A DNA stretch of 64,000 nt from Spirochaetia bacterium (GCA_965203515.1 OZ241907.1:1472001-1536000), one strand, 5' to 3'. Positions 49,216 to 59,304 are shown, counted from the first letter of the stretch. The notes: a model not told the origin generated them from the sequence alone. Numbers and translations: made by a program.

Positions 49216-50567
49216 GCCATCCACCGCGGCCAGACCGGGTCGGCCAGGAAGAGCTGCGACTGCCGGCGGTCGCCGGCTCCGTAGGCGACCCAGCGGTCGT
49301 CCGGCGAGAAGACCGGATGCGGATGGCAGCAGCGCCACACCGTGTCGTGGCGCGCCAGCGGGCGCATCTCGATGAACGGCCCGCGCGTTCTGAACAGGCC
49401 GATCCAGCGGTGCGCCTGCGGCCAGCGGTAGCCGGTCGGCCCGACGGCGGCCGGGTCGGGACGCGCCGACGACTCCGGCGGCTCGGCGGCCTCGCCCTCC
49501 CCCGCGTCCGCGTACCGGTCGGGATCGCCCCGCCCCTCGAACCAGTGCAGGCCCGGGTCGGCGGCGTCGCCCACCCAGAGATCGGCCCGCGAGTTGCACT
49601 TGAAGTGCACGGGCTCGCGGCCCGGAAAGACCCAGCGGCGGTCGACGCGGTCGATCAGGTCGACGTCGATCATCTCCACGCGCCGCACCGGGCCGACCGG
49701 GACGCCTTCGCGGTCGCGCTCCGTGAAGGTGAACAGCAGCGACTCGACGCGGTTGCCGGGCGCCGGGAAGTAGTGGTTGACCATCTCGAACGGCTGCTGG
49801 TCGAAGATCGGCACCGGGTCCTGCAGCGGTGTCAGACGCTCCAGGTCGACCCGCATGAACCACATGGTCTTCAACCCGGTCGGCTGCGTGCGGGTGTAGC
49901 TGCCGAAGAAGAGGTAGGAGGGATCGCCCCGGCAGATGAACAGGTGGCTGTCGGCCGCGGCGCGGTTCTCGGCGCTCGGTCCGTGGTAGACCACCGCCTG
50001 CCGCCGCTCCTGCAGGTCGCACAGCACCACCAGCGTCTCGCTGCCGTGCCGGTAGCGGTTGTCGGCCCGCCACGGCCATTCCGGCGCGTGCTCGGGCCGG
50101 CAGCCCAGCACCAGGTAGCGTCCGCAGCTCGACAGGTCGGGGCCGCTCAGCGGCCCGCATCCCGGCGGCGATTCGGCCACGACCTCCTCGCGCAGCGTCT
50201 CCATGTCGAGGCAGCAGACCCGCGCGCCGCGGCTGTAGTAGATGCGGCCGCGCACCGGATCGCAGGTGAAGCCGGCCGACCCGTGGCCGCCGCCGGCCCG
50301 CCGCCCCACGTCGGCCAGCACCGGCGGGTCCCGGGAATCGGTGAGCTGCACGATCGCGCCGGAGCGGAGCTCCACCGCGTAGATCTGGCCGATGCCCGAC
50401 CGGTTGGAAGCGAACACGAACCGCTCCGAGCCGTCGACGAACCCCTCCTGGTTGTAGTACGGGTGGACGTTGAAGCACGGCGCGTCGGTGAGCTGCACCA
50501 CCCGCACGCCGGTCGACGGCTCCCGGTACTCCCGCTTCTCCGCAGGCAGAACGTCACCTCGCGCCAT
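49212..50567 (-). CDS. Oligogalacturonate lyase-like beta-propeller
   Basis: TGVRVVQLT, HPYY, FASNRSG, IVQLTD, HPHPVFSPDDRWV. Confidence 0.75.
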   Translation of the reverse strand: MARGDVLPAEKREYREPSTGVRVVQLTDAPCFNVHPYYNQEGFVDGSERFVFASNRSGIGQIYAVELRSGAIVQLTDSRDPPVLADVGRRAGGGHGSAGFTCDPVRGRIYYSRGARVCCLDMETLREEVVAESPPGCGPLSGPDLSSCGRYLVLGCRPEHAPEWPWRADNRYRHGSETLVVLCDLQERRQAVVYHGPSAENRAAADSHLFICRGDPSYLFFGSYTRTQPTGLKTMWFMRVDLERLTPLQDPVPIFDQQPFEMVNHYFPAPGNRVESLLFTFTERDREGVPVGPVRRVEMIDVDLIDRVDRRWVFPGREPVHFKCNSRADLWVGDAADPGLHWFEGRGDPDRYADAGEGEAAEPPESSARPDPAAVGPTGYRWPQAHRWIGLFRTRGPFIEMRPLARHDTVWRCCHPHPVFSPDDRWVAYGAGDRRQSQLFLADPVWPRWMA

Positions 50568-50629
50568 ATTTCGCCAACCCCGGTTCATTATCGCTCCGGC
50601 CCGCCGGCGCGGCTACCGGCCGGCCCGGT

Positions 50630-50725
50630 GCCGTGTGGTGCTGGCCGATCCACGCCTCCTCATAGCCCAGCCGGTCGCAACGGACCACCAGCTCCAGGTC
50701 ATCTTCGAAACGACGCGAAACCGGG
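50630..50725 (-). pseudogene. Fragment of LLM-class flavin-dependent oxidoreductase
   Basis: Intergenic translation RRFEDDLELVVRCDRLGYEEAWIGQHHT. Confidence 0.6.
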
Positions 50726-50745
50726 TAGACTCCTCCCTGCCGCGG

Positions 50746-52287
50746 ATGAGATCGACCTCCTCGCCTGATCCCTCGCCTCCCGCATCGCCGCACGACACCG
50801 GCGTCTATCCGCCGCGCACCTGTCTGTTCCTGGACGACCTGCACGTCGGCCGGCTGGACGGACTGCGCCGCGTGACCGGCCCGGTCGAGCAGGTAGCCGG
50901 CGGCCCGGTGCTGGAGCCGGCGGCGCCGTGGGAGGGAATCGGCCTGATCGGCCGCAACTGCGTCCTCTGGGACGCCGAAGAGGCGCGCTTCAAGTGCTGG
51001 TATCCGGCCTACGATCCATCGTTGCCGGACGCGCCGGTCGGCGCCAGGCGGCGGTGGGCCTATGCGGAGAGCCGCGACGGCCTGACCTGGGAGCGGCCGA
51101 ACCTGGGCCTCACCGAGCATGCCGGCTCCACCGCCAACAACCTGCTGCGCCTGGATGGCGCCGGCGAGTCGGCGGCCGCGCTGTGGAGCGTCGCCAAGGA
51201 CCCGCGCGATCCCGACCCGGCGCGGCGTTACAAGGCGATCGGCCTGGACCGCCACCCGCGGCGTCCCGGCGAGCTGACCTGGACCGGGCCGGATGGACCG
51301 GACGAGTGGTACCGCAGCCACGGCCGGCATCTGGCGTGCGGGCTGTACGTCGCCTACTCGGCCGACGGGCTGACGTGGCGCCAGCGCGACGGTTGGGCCG
51401 GGTCCGGCGCGCTGATCACCGACAACACGATCCTGCACGGCTACGATCCCGCTACCAGCCGCTGGGTGCTCTGGCAGCGGCCGCGCATCATGCCCAAGCA
51501 CCGCGTCATCGGCGTCAGCTTCTCCACCGACTTCGACGACTGGACCTTCCCGGAGTGCGTGCTGGCGCCCGATGCCGACGATCCGCCCGGCACGCAGTTC
51601 GACCAGCTCTCCACGGTCGCCGCCTCCGACGGCGCCTTCGTGGGGCTGCTCGGCGCCTCCGCCGTGATGCGGCAGGACCGCGGCGTGCTGTCGGTGGCGC
51701 CGCAGCTCGTCTACTCCCGCGACGCGCGGCGCTGGACCCGGGTCGACCGAGCGCCCTTCATCCGCCCCGTCGAGCCGCCCGCCTGGGACGACGGCTGCAT
51801 CATCCCCTTCAATCCGCAGGTCGTGGGCGACGAGGTATTCATCTTCTACTACGGCAAGAACGCCGGCCACATCTGGGGCGAGCCGACCGTCGACGGCGCG
51901 CGCGTGACCCGTTCGGCGTTCGGCCTGGTGAAGCTGCGCCGCGACCGCTGGGCCGCGCTGGCCCCCGCCGGCGGCGCGGAAGGCACGCTCACCACCGCAC
52001 TGATCGCCTTCGCGCGCCCGGAGTTGCGCCTGAACGCGGACGCCTCGGCCGGCTCGATCTCCGTGGAGCTGGTCGACTGCCAGAGCGGCGACGCGGTGCC
52101 GGGCTTCACCTTCGCCGAATGCGACGGCATCGCCGGCGACGACCTGGACCATGCGGTGAGCTGGGGCGGCCGGCGGGACCTGTCGGCGATCGTCGGCACC
52201 GCCCGGCGACAACCGCGGGTCGGCCGCGGCCTGGTGATCCGCGTGCGCCTGCGCGGCGGCGCGAGGCTGTACGGACTGGCCTGCTGA
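50746..52287 (+). CDS. Putative beta-propeller glycoside hydrolase (GH32/43/130-like)
   Basis: LFLDD, FKCWY, YAESRDGLTWERP.LG, SADGLTW, IFYYG, LRRDRW, LRLNAD. Confidence 0.6.
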   Translation: MRSTSSPDPSPPASPHDTGVYPPRTCLFLDDLHVGRLDGLRRVTGPVEQVAGGPVLEPAAPWEGIGLIGRNCVLWDAEEARFKCWYPAYDPSLPDAPVGARRRWAYAESRDGLTWERPNLGLTEHAGSTANNLLRLDGAGESAAALWSVAKDPRDPDPARRYKAIGLDRHPRRPGELTWTGPDGPDEWYRSHGRHLACGLYVAYSADGLTWRQRDGWAGSGALITDNTILHGYDPATSRWVLWQRPRIMPKHRVIGVSFSTDFDDWTFPECVLAPDADDPPGTQFDQLSTVAASDGAFVGLLGASAVMRQDRGVLSVAPQLVYSRDARRWTRVDRAPFIRPVEPPAWDDGCIIPFNPQVVGDEVFIFYYGKNAGHIWGEPTVDGARVTRSAFGLVKLRRDRWAALAPAGGAEGTLTTALIAFARPELRLNADASAGSISVELVDCQSGDAVPGFTFAECDGIAGDDLDHAVSWGGRRDLSAIVGTARRQPRVGRGLVIRVRLRGGARLYGLAC

Positions 52288-52339
52288 CCCGGCGACGCCA
52301 GCGGCGGCGGCATCGAGGTGAGCCGGCCGGCGCAACGCA

Positions 52340-53632
52340 TCAGCCGCGCGCCGGAGCTTCCTCCGCCGACCAGCGCCGCAGCGCCTCCAGGTACTCGCGC
52401 CGCGGCAGCACCCCGTAGCCGCCGATCGATGCGCCGCCCGAGTCGAACGAGGTGTAGTGATAGAGCGAGTGCAGGAACGCGCCGCGCGCGCCGGCCTGCC
52501 GCGCCGCCCGCACCATGCCCAGCACCTCGTCGACCGTGTACCGGTCCCAGTTGGCCAGGTGAAACGGACCGTAGCCGCGGTTGACGAAGCGGGCGTTGTC
52601 CAGCCACAGGAAGAGCGGAAAGCCGTCCGGCAGGGTGCGGCGAAACGGCGCCAGCGGCGGCGCGTCCAGGATCTTCTCGTGCGGGCAGGCGCGCTCCGCG
52701 CAGATGCCGTCGACGTAGCCGCCGGCCGCCCACCGCTCCCAGTCCTTGTAGAGCAGCAGGTGCGGCGCCCCCGCCATGCCGCCGTCGCCGAACGCCACGC
52801 ACAGCTCGTAGCGGTCGGGCGACAGCCCCACCACGAACGGCCGGCCGGCGGCGTGCATCCGGCGACCGGTGCGGGCGATCACCTCGGAGAAGTGCTCGCC
52901 CTTGATCCGGTAGAACTCCTCCGCGTCGTACGGTTCGTAGCGGATGTCGACGCCGCGGCGGTCGCGGTAGTCGGCGACCACGCGGTCGGTGAATCCGAAC
53001 GGCTCCAGGTGCGCGTCCCACGCGGGCGTGTCGAAGCAGGCGTACCAGCTATGCGAGCGGGTCGACAGGTACAGCCCGTCGATGCCGTAGCCAAGCAGCT
53101 CGCCGGTGATGGCCTCCAGCCGCTCCTGCACCTCCGCATCGCCGAAATCGGGGATGCCGTGGTAGAACCTTGATCCGTCGCGCGAGCACCAGTACTTGCG
53201 CGGCGCGGCGTACCAGACCGGATCGACCAGCGACACGTAGTCGCGGCGCACGCACTGGAACTCGTTCCAGTTGACCCAGCCCCAGATCGGCACGCCGTGC
53301 CGCCGCGCCGCCTCCACGGCGGCCGCCAGCGGATCGCCGACGTCCATCATGTCGGCGACCCGGTGCCAGTACCGCGCCGCCGGGTTGCGCGGATCGACGC
53401 ACCCGTGGTCGAACGGCGCCATCGCCTTGGCCCGGTAGTAGGCGCGGCCGGCGGTGTTGCACCGGTACAGAAAGGTGAGGCCGGCGCCGGCCAGCATCTC
53501 GAACAGCCAGTCGAAGTAATCGGCGTCGATCGGCCCGTCGTGGAAGCGGGGCGGATCGGTGGGATCGTAGTTGTAGAAGACCGGAAACCGGCCGGATAGA
53601 AACCGGTCGGCCAGAAACCGGTCGGAGCGCAT
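52340..53632 (-). CDS. GHL10-like TIM-barrel hypothetical protein
   Basis: DPLAAAVEAARRHG, PDFGDAEV, YGIDGLYL, DWERW..GYVDGI. Confidence 0.55.
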   Translation of the reverse strand: MRSDRFLADRFLSGRFPVFYNYDPTDPPRFHDGPIDADYFDWLFEMLAGAGLTFLYRCNTAGRAYYRAKAMAPFDHGCVDPRNPAARYWHRVADMMDVGDPLAAAVEAARRHGVPIWGWVNWNEFQCVRRDYVSLVDPVWYAAPRKYWCSRDGSRFYHGIPDFGDAEVQERLEAITGELLGYGIDGLYLSTRSHSWYACFDTPAWDAHLEPFGFTDRVVADYRDRRGVDIRYEPYDAEEFYRIKGEHFSEVIARTGRRMHAAGRPFVVGLSPDRYELCVAFGDGGMAGAPHLLLYKDWERWAAGGYVDGICAERACPHEKILDAPPLAPFRRTLPDGFPLFLWLDNARFVNRGYGPFHLANWDRYTVDEVLGMVRAARQAGARGAFLHSLYHYTSFDSGGASIGGYGVLPRREYLEALRRWSAEEAPARG

Positions 53633-53721
53633 GGCCGGCATCGTACACCAAAAGAGAGGGCGGCCAATCATGCCGCCCTCTCCGATCGGTTCCCCCGGCG
53701 AGGAACGGTGCAGCGTACCGG

Positions 53722-55662
53722 CTACTGTTCGATCCAGTACTGCTCCACGTTGGTGTAGCCGGGGCTCTTGAGGCGCCAGCTCTGGATCACCTCTTCCGGC
53801 ACGTTGCGGAAGTTGTTCTTGACGATGGCGACCGCCGGATAGCGGACCGTGCCGATCATCCACACGTTGTCGACGTGCGACTGGATGATCTGCTTGCCGA
53901 TGCGGACGCGCTCGTCCGGGTCGGCGGTGGTCTGCATCTGGTCGTACCAGTCCTGCAGCGCCTTGATGTCCGGCGTCGGCTCCTCGCCTGCCTCACCGTT
54001 GGTGGCGTACCAGCGGGCGGCCTCGGGCGCCCAGCCGTGGCTTGCGCCGTTGACCGGCACGTACCAGTTGGGGTCGATCGACCAGTGGATGCCGACCGTG
54101 AGATAGGCGTTCACCATGAACTCGCCCGAAGCGCGGTTCTCGGTCCAGAGACTGCGGTCGATGACCCTGATCTCCGTGCGGACGTCGACCGCCTCCCAGT
54201 GGTCCTTGAGCAGCTCCAGCATGTCGGCCCCGCCGCCGGCTTCCTCTGCGCCGTAGGAGGATACGATCAGGTGCAGCGGATCGCCGTCGGGGCGCAGGCG
54301 GAAGCCTTCGCCGTCGCGGGCGGTCAGGCCCAGGCCGTCGAGCAGCCGGTTCGCCCCTGCCGGGTCGTAATCGGTGTGCACCGGCTCCACGAAGAACGGA
54401 TCGGCCTCTACCGGCACCGCCTGCCACGGGATGGCGACGCCCAGGTAGACCAGATCGCCGATCTCCTGGCGGTCGATCGCCTTGGACATGGCGATGCGGA
54501 AGTCGCGCTCATTGAAGAGTTGGCGCAGCACCGGGTCCTTGTGGGTCAGGTTGAACTTGAACGCGTCCGGAATCGGGTTGATCCACTGCCGCACCTGGAA
54601 GTCGCCCGTCGCCTCGCTCTCCACGAACAGCGTGTAGTTGCCGAAGCTCATGTAGCGCGACTGCATGTCGATCTCGCCGGCCATCGCCTTGAAGTTGGCG
54701 GCGTCGCCGCCCTGCACCACGTCGATCGCCATGCGGTCGATGTACGGGAGCTGCTGGCCGGTCGTGTCGACCTTCCAGTAGTAGGCGTTGCGCTCGGCGA
54801 TCTGGCGCGTCACGCCGGTCGCCTCCGACGCCAGCTTCCACGGCCGGATGGAGGGGACGTCCTGGTTGAGGGTCGCGTTGCCGAGCTGTCCGTGGCGCTG
54901 GTGCCACAGCTCGAAACCTTCGGCCTTGGCGGCTTCGGTGAGCTTGTCCTTGTCGCCGTAGCTGGCGTGGAACTGGCTCAGGTAGTGCTTGGGCGCGAAC
55001 AGGCCGTCGCCACGGAAGGTGAGCACCTCCTCAAACAGGCCGTTGGTGGCGGCGAAGGAGAACCGGATGGTGTAGTCATCGACCTTGGTGAGGGTCGGCG
55101 CTTGCCCCGCCACGCGCAGCCACGACGGAAAGACCGGGGTGATCTCCGTGTTCATGTAGACGTCGTCGAACTGATACAGGATGTCGTCGGCCGTGAACGG
55201 CGCGCCGTCCGACCACCGCATGCCCTCGCGCAGATAGAAGGTGAACTCGGTGCCGTCCGCGTTCGCCTCCCAGCGGTGGGCGATGTTGGCGACCACGGCC
55301 GTGCCGTCGCGGGCGCGCCGGATCAGCGGCTCGTAGCCCATCCGGTCGATCAGACGGTTGTCGGTGGGCCGGGTGGCGACGCGCCGCCACGTGCCGCCGT
55401 ACTGTCCCACCTCCTCGGCGGGGGCGACCACGGCCGGCTCCAGCGGCAGACGGTCGGCGACCGGCGGCAGCGAGCCGTCGGCGACCATGGCCTGCAGGAC
55501 CGGCGCCTCGGTGAAGCCGGTGATCGTGGCGCCGGTGTCCCGCTCGAAGGCGGCGACGGTGGCCCACTGCCCCAGCGGGTACCCGACGCCGGCCTGAGCA
55601 AGGCCCAGGGCAGCCGCGGCGGTCAACAGGACGGCCGCTAGCGAAATGCGAACGTATGACAT
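53722..55662 (-). CDS. Family 5 (Opp/Dpp-type) ABC solute-binding protein
   Basis: AAGGAG RBS; LPPVADRLP, GQYGG, LREGMRWSDGAPFTADD, YYWKVD..GQQLPYID, FRIAMSKAIDR. Confidence 0.92.
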   Translation of the reverse strand: MSYVRISLAAVLLTAAAALGLAQAGVGYPLGQWATVAAFERDTGATITGFTEAPVLQAMVADGSLPPVADRLPLEPAVVAPAEEVGQYGGTWRRVATRPTDNRLIDRMGYEPLIRRARDGTAVVANIAHRWEANADGTEFTFYLREGMRWSDGAPFTADDILYQFDDVYMNTEITPVFPSWLRVAGQAPTLTKVDDYTIRFSFAATNGLFEEVLTFRGDGLFAPKHYLSQFHASYGDKDKLTEAAKAEGFELWHQRHGQLGNATLNQDVPSIRPWKLASEATGVTRQIAERNAYYWKVDTTGQQLPYIDRMAIDVVQGGDAANFKAMAGEIDMQSRYMSFGNYTLFVESEATGDFQVRQWINPIPDAFKFNLTHKDPVLRQLFNERDFRIAMSKAIDRQEIGDLVYLGVAIPWQAVPVEADPFFVEPVHTDYDPAGANRLLDGLGLTARDGEGFRLRPDGDPLHLIVSSYGAEEAGGGADMLELLKDHWEAVDVRTEIRVIDRSLWTENRASGEFMVNAYLTVGIHWSIDPNWYVPVNGASHGWAPEAARWYATNGEAGEEPTPDIKALQDWYDQMQTTADPDERVRIGKQIIQSHVDNVWMIGTVRYPAVAIVKNNFRNVPEEVIQSWRLKSPGYTNVEQYWIEQ

Positions 55663-55739
55663 GTCAGTAGCTCCTTGGTGGTTGATTGTTCGTGTCCGCT
55701 CCACGTGCCGGCCAGCATACCGTCCGGCCCTTGGGTCGT

Positions 55740-56927
55740 TCAAGTCTTGTACGGGTCGGCGGCGTCGCGCAGGCCGTCGCCCACGAAGTTGAGCGCCAGC
55801 ACGGTCAGGACCACCGCGACCCCCGGCAGCAGGAGCCATGGGTTGAGGGCCACCGAGCTGACGTTCTGCGTCTCCTTGAGCAGCACGCCCCAGCTGATCT
55901 CCGGCGGCAGCAGGCCCAGACCCAGGAAGCTCAACGCGGTCTCCGCCAGGATCATTCCGGGGATGCTCAGCGTGATCGAGACGATGATGTGGCTCATGAA
56001 CGACGGCAGCAGGTGCCGGCGGATGGTGGTCGACTCTTTCGTCCCGGCCACCAGCGCCGCGGTCACGAAATCCTCCCCGCGCGCCGCCAGCAGCTTGCCG
56101 CGCACCACGCGCGCCAGCCCGGTCCAACTGATCACGGACAGGATGAGGGTGATGGCGAAGTAGCGCTGCACCGGCCCCCATTCCAGGGGCAGCGCGGCGG
56201 CCAGCGCCAGCCACAGCGGGATGGTCGGAAACGATCGGAGCAGCTCGATGACGCGCTGCACCACGGTGTCGGTGGTGCCCCCGTAGTAACCCGACACGCC
56301 TCCCAGGATCAGCCCCAGGACCAGGCCGATCGCCACCCCGATCAGGCCGATCGACAACGAGATGCGCGCCCCGTACACGATGCGCGACAGCATGTCCCGG
56401 CCCAGACGGTCGGTGCCGAGCAGGAAGATGGTCCCCCCCTCCTCCACGCCGAACAGATGCAGGTCGGTATCGAACAGCCCCCACCACGTATACGGCTGGC
56501 CGCGCTGGAACAGCGTGACGTAGTACTTCTGCGACCGGTCCTCCGTGTAGGTGCGGCGCAGCGAGCGCGGGTCGATCTGCCGCTCCAGCCGGTACACGAA
56601 CGGCCGCAGCGAGAACCCGGTCTCACTGTCGTAGAAGTGGATCGGCTGCGGCGGCACGTAGGTGTGGCCGCTGTGCCGATGCCGCGGGTCGTAGGGGGCG
56701 ATCACCTCGCAGAATGCGCCGAGCACGTAGAATATCCCTGCCACGGTGATGCCGGTCAGCGCCAGCTTGTGACGCCGGAACTTGATCCACATCAGGCGCC
56801 ACTGCGACGCCAGGTAGAGCCGGTCCTCGGCGGCGTCCGACGGGTCGCGCGCTCGGTCGAATCGGGAGTCGCCTGCGCCGGTCGATCCTGCGCCGGGGGT
56901 GGGAGTGGGCGTCGAAAGCGTGCTCAT
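55740..56927 (-). CDS. Opp/Dpp-type permease (OppC-like)
   Basis: KFRRHKLA, LGTDRLGRD, GARISLSIG, RHLLP, ETALSFLGLG, GDGLRDAADP. Confidence 0.92.
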   Translation of the reverse strand: MSTLSTPTPTPGAGSTGAGDSRFDRARDPSDAAEDRLYLASQWRLMWIKFRRHKLALTGITVAGIFYVLGAFCEVIAPYDPRHRHSGHTYVPPQPIHFYDSETGFSLRPFVYRLERQIDPRSLRRTYTEDRSQKYYVTLFQRGQPYTWWGLFDTDLHLFGVEEGGTIFLLGTDRLGRDMLSRIVYGARISLSIGLIGVAIGLVLGLILGGVSGYYGGTTDTVVQRVIELLRSFPTIPLWLALAAALPLEWGPVQRYFAITLILSVISWTGLARVVRGKLLAARGEDFVTAALVAGTKESTTIRRHLLPSFMSHIIVSITLSIPGMILAETALSFLGLGLLPPEISWGVLLKETQNVSSVALNPWLLLPGVAVVLTVLALNFVGDGLRDAADPYKT

Positions 56928-56944
56928 CCGACCGGCGCCCTGTT

Positions 56945-57940
56945 TCACGCTCCGCGCTGCCCGAAGCGGATGCGCGGATCGACCACGGCCAGCAGGATGT
57001 CGGACACGAAGGTGCCCGCCACCGTCAGGCAGGCCAGGAACATCACGATGGTCCCCGCCAGGAACATGTCCTGGCTCAGCAGCGCATTCAGCAGCAGTGG
57101 ACCGACCGTCGGCAGGCTGAGCACCAACGCGACGACCAGCTCGCCGGAGAGGATGTCCGGCAGCAGCCACGCGACGCTGGAGACCAGCGGATTGACCGCC
57201 AGCCGCACCGGATACTTGAAGAGCAGGCGGGTTTCGCCCAACCCCTTGGCGCGCGCCGTGATCGTGTACTGGCGGCTGATCTCGTCGAGCAGGTTGCCGC
57301 GCATGATGCGGATGATCGATGCCGTACCGGCCGTACCGACCACGACCACGGGGATGATCAGGTGCTTGAGCAGGTCGATCACCTTGCCAAAGCTCCACGG
57401 CGCTTCGATGTACTCCTCGGAGAACAGGCCGAGCGCTACGAGGCCGAAATTGAGGTAGACGACGACCATCAGGATGAGGGCCACCAGGAAATTAGGAGTC
57501 GCCAGGCCCATGAAGCCGACCGTGGTGAATAGATGATCGACAGGCGAGTATTGATGGACCGCCGAGTAGATGCCGATCGGGACCGCCACGACCCAGGTGA
57601 AGATCATGGTCCCCAGCGAGAGGATCACCGTGAGCAGCAGCCGCTCCCCGATCAGCGTGCGGACCGGCTTCTCGTACTCGAACGACTGGCCGAATTCGCC
57701 CCGCAGGAAGCCCCACAGCCAGCGCAGGAATTGGTGGATGAAAGATCGGTCCAGGCCGTAGCGCGCCCGCAGCGAGGCGATCTCATCCTGGTTCACCGAC
57801 TCACCGCTGGCGGCGAGATTGGCGATGTAGGAGGTCAGATAATCGCCGGGCGGCAGCTGGATGAGAATGAAGGAGACCACGGCGATCACGAAGAGCGTGG
57901 GGATCAGCAGCAGGATGCGTTGGACGACGTACTGTACCAT
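56945..57940 (-). CDS. Opp/Dpp-type permease (OppB-like)
   Basis: IQLPPGDY, YGLD, GEFGQSF, ATPNF, TARAKGL, DPRIR. Confidence 0.92.
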   Translation of the reverse strand: MVQYVVQRILLLIPTLFVIAVVSFILIQLPPGDYLTSYIANLAASGESVNQDEIASLRARYGLDRSFIHQFLRWLWGFLRGEFGQSFEYEKPVRTLIGERLLLTVILSLGTMIFTWVVAVPIGIYSAVHQYSPVDHLFTTVGFMGLATPNFLVALILMVVVYLNFGLVALGLFSEEYIEAPWSFGKVIDLLKHLIIPVVVVGTAGTASIIRIMRGNLLDEISRQYTITARAKGLGETRLLFKYPVRLAVNPLVSSVAWLLPDILSGELVVALVLSLPTVGPLLLNALLSQDMFLAGTIVMFLACLTVAGTFVSDILLAVVDPRIRFGQRGA

Positions 57941-57984
57941 ACCGGGAGAGCGGTCGCCGGGCGGCCGTGGTAGAGTGAACGGCG

Positions 57985-58831
57985 ATGAGCGCCATCTGTC
58001 AAGGTCCCGCCGCCGGCGATCCGGGCCCGCGACGGACCGCCGCCACCGCCGCCGACCTGCGCAGCCACTGGGCCGGCGCCCGCAACGTGCTGCTGGCCGG
58101 CGAGTGCGCGCCGTTCGCCTGGGAACCGCCGCCGGTGGCCGACATCGTCGACCGCCTGCGGCGCGACGACGACGCGCGCCTGCGCGACCTGTCGCCGGAC
58201 CGGCCGGACGGCCCCTACTACCGGGAGGACGGCTTCATCGACCAGTTCCGCGCCCTGCCGCTGGAACGGGTCATGGAGATGCCGTTCGGGCTCTCCCACT
58301 TCTCGCTCACCAACTTCACCAGCCGCGGCGATCTGTTCGCCGGTCTCTGGACGGAGGTGATGGAGCCGTGGCAGGCGTTTCCTGGCGCGCGCCGGCTTCA
58401 CCTGGTACCGGTGCTACCCGATCGTCTTCATCAGCGGCGCCGGCGTCCCCGGCCGCTACCACATGGACGTGTCGCACGTCGTCGCCTGGCAACTGCACGG
58501 CACCAAGGTGTTCAACGGCCTGCGCGACCCGTTCCGGTGGGCGCCGCTGGAACAGGCGGTCGATCCGGACTGGCGCGCGGGCATCGTCAAGCCGGCGGAC
58601 CTGCGCGACGGGGACGTGCTGAGCTACGTCATGCCGCCCGGCGCCGTCCTCTGGAATCAACCGCTCACCCCGCACTGGGTCGACGCCGGCATCACGGACG
58701 CGGGCGGTGCGGACGAGGTGGCGGCCAGCCTCAACATCTCGCACGGCGGACTCCGGCTCGACGGCGACCTGTCGCCGGCCGGCCGCGCCCTCGACCGCTA
58801 CTACCGCCAACACCCGGACCAGCGGTTCTGA
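57985..58831 (+). pseudogene. JmjC/cupin-like Fe/2OG protein with +1 frameshift at ~58379
   Basis: ..EPWQAF continues in +1 frame as LARAGFTWYRCYPIVFISG..YHMDVSHVVAWQLHGTK..PGAVLW..TPHWV. Confidence 0.7.
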
Positions 58832-58865
58832 CGGACCGGCGGCCTCTACCGTGGCGGCGGCCACG

Positions 58866-59216
58866 TCATGGCGCCAGCAACGCGAACACCGTCGTCAGCG
58901 AAGTGACGACCACGAAGCCCACGCCGATCATCCACGTCAGCGCGTTGAAGCGCTTGTCGACGTGCCCGATCAGATCCCCGAACCGCTGGTCGACCGCCTC
59001 GAAGCGCCGCTCCATGAACCCGAAGCGCTCGTCCATCAGCACCCGCTGCGCCTTGAGCTCTTCCTCGACCCGAACCATCCGCTCCAACAGGGCGGCGGGG
59101 ACATCGACCGTCTCCGCCCGCGGGACCACGTGGTCGACCAGCTCCCGGAGCCACGGCTTGACGTAGTCTCCGATGCGGACGACGTCCTCTTCCTTCAGCA
59201 TCACCGGCTCTCCCAT
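58866..59216 (-). CDS. Coiled-coil heptad-repeat protein with C-terminal TM anchor, copy 1 (116 aa)
   Basis: LLERMVRVEEELK, RFEAVD repeats, WMIGVGFVVVTSL; GGAGG RBS. Confidence 0.85.
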   Translation of the reverse strand: MGEPVMLKEEDVVRIGDYVKPWLRELVDHVVPRAETVDVPAALLERMVRVEEELKAQRVLMDERFGFMERRFEAVDQRFGDLIGHVDKRFNALTWMIGVGFVVVTSLTTVFALLAP

Positions 59217-59304
59217 CGGCACCTCCTGTACTATAGCCAATAACGAGCCGGCGGCGCTGGCGCTTCAATCCGTCCGATCGATCGGTACGAGCGAGGAAGG
59301 CGTC

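Noticed and set aside
1430..57458. Many long antisense or alternate-frame ORFs (e.g. 1430-3067+, 12440-14392+, 15299-17596-, 44051-46249+, 55686-57458+)
   Set aside because: Shadows of real genes in high-GC DNA; Arg/Ala/Gly/Pro-rich with no recognisable motifs
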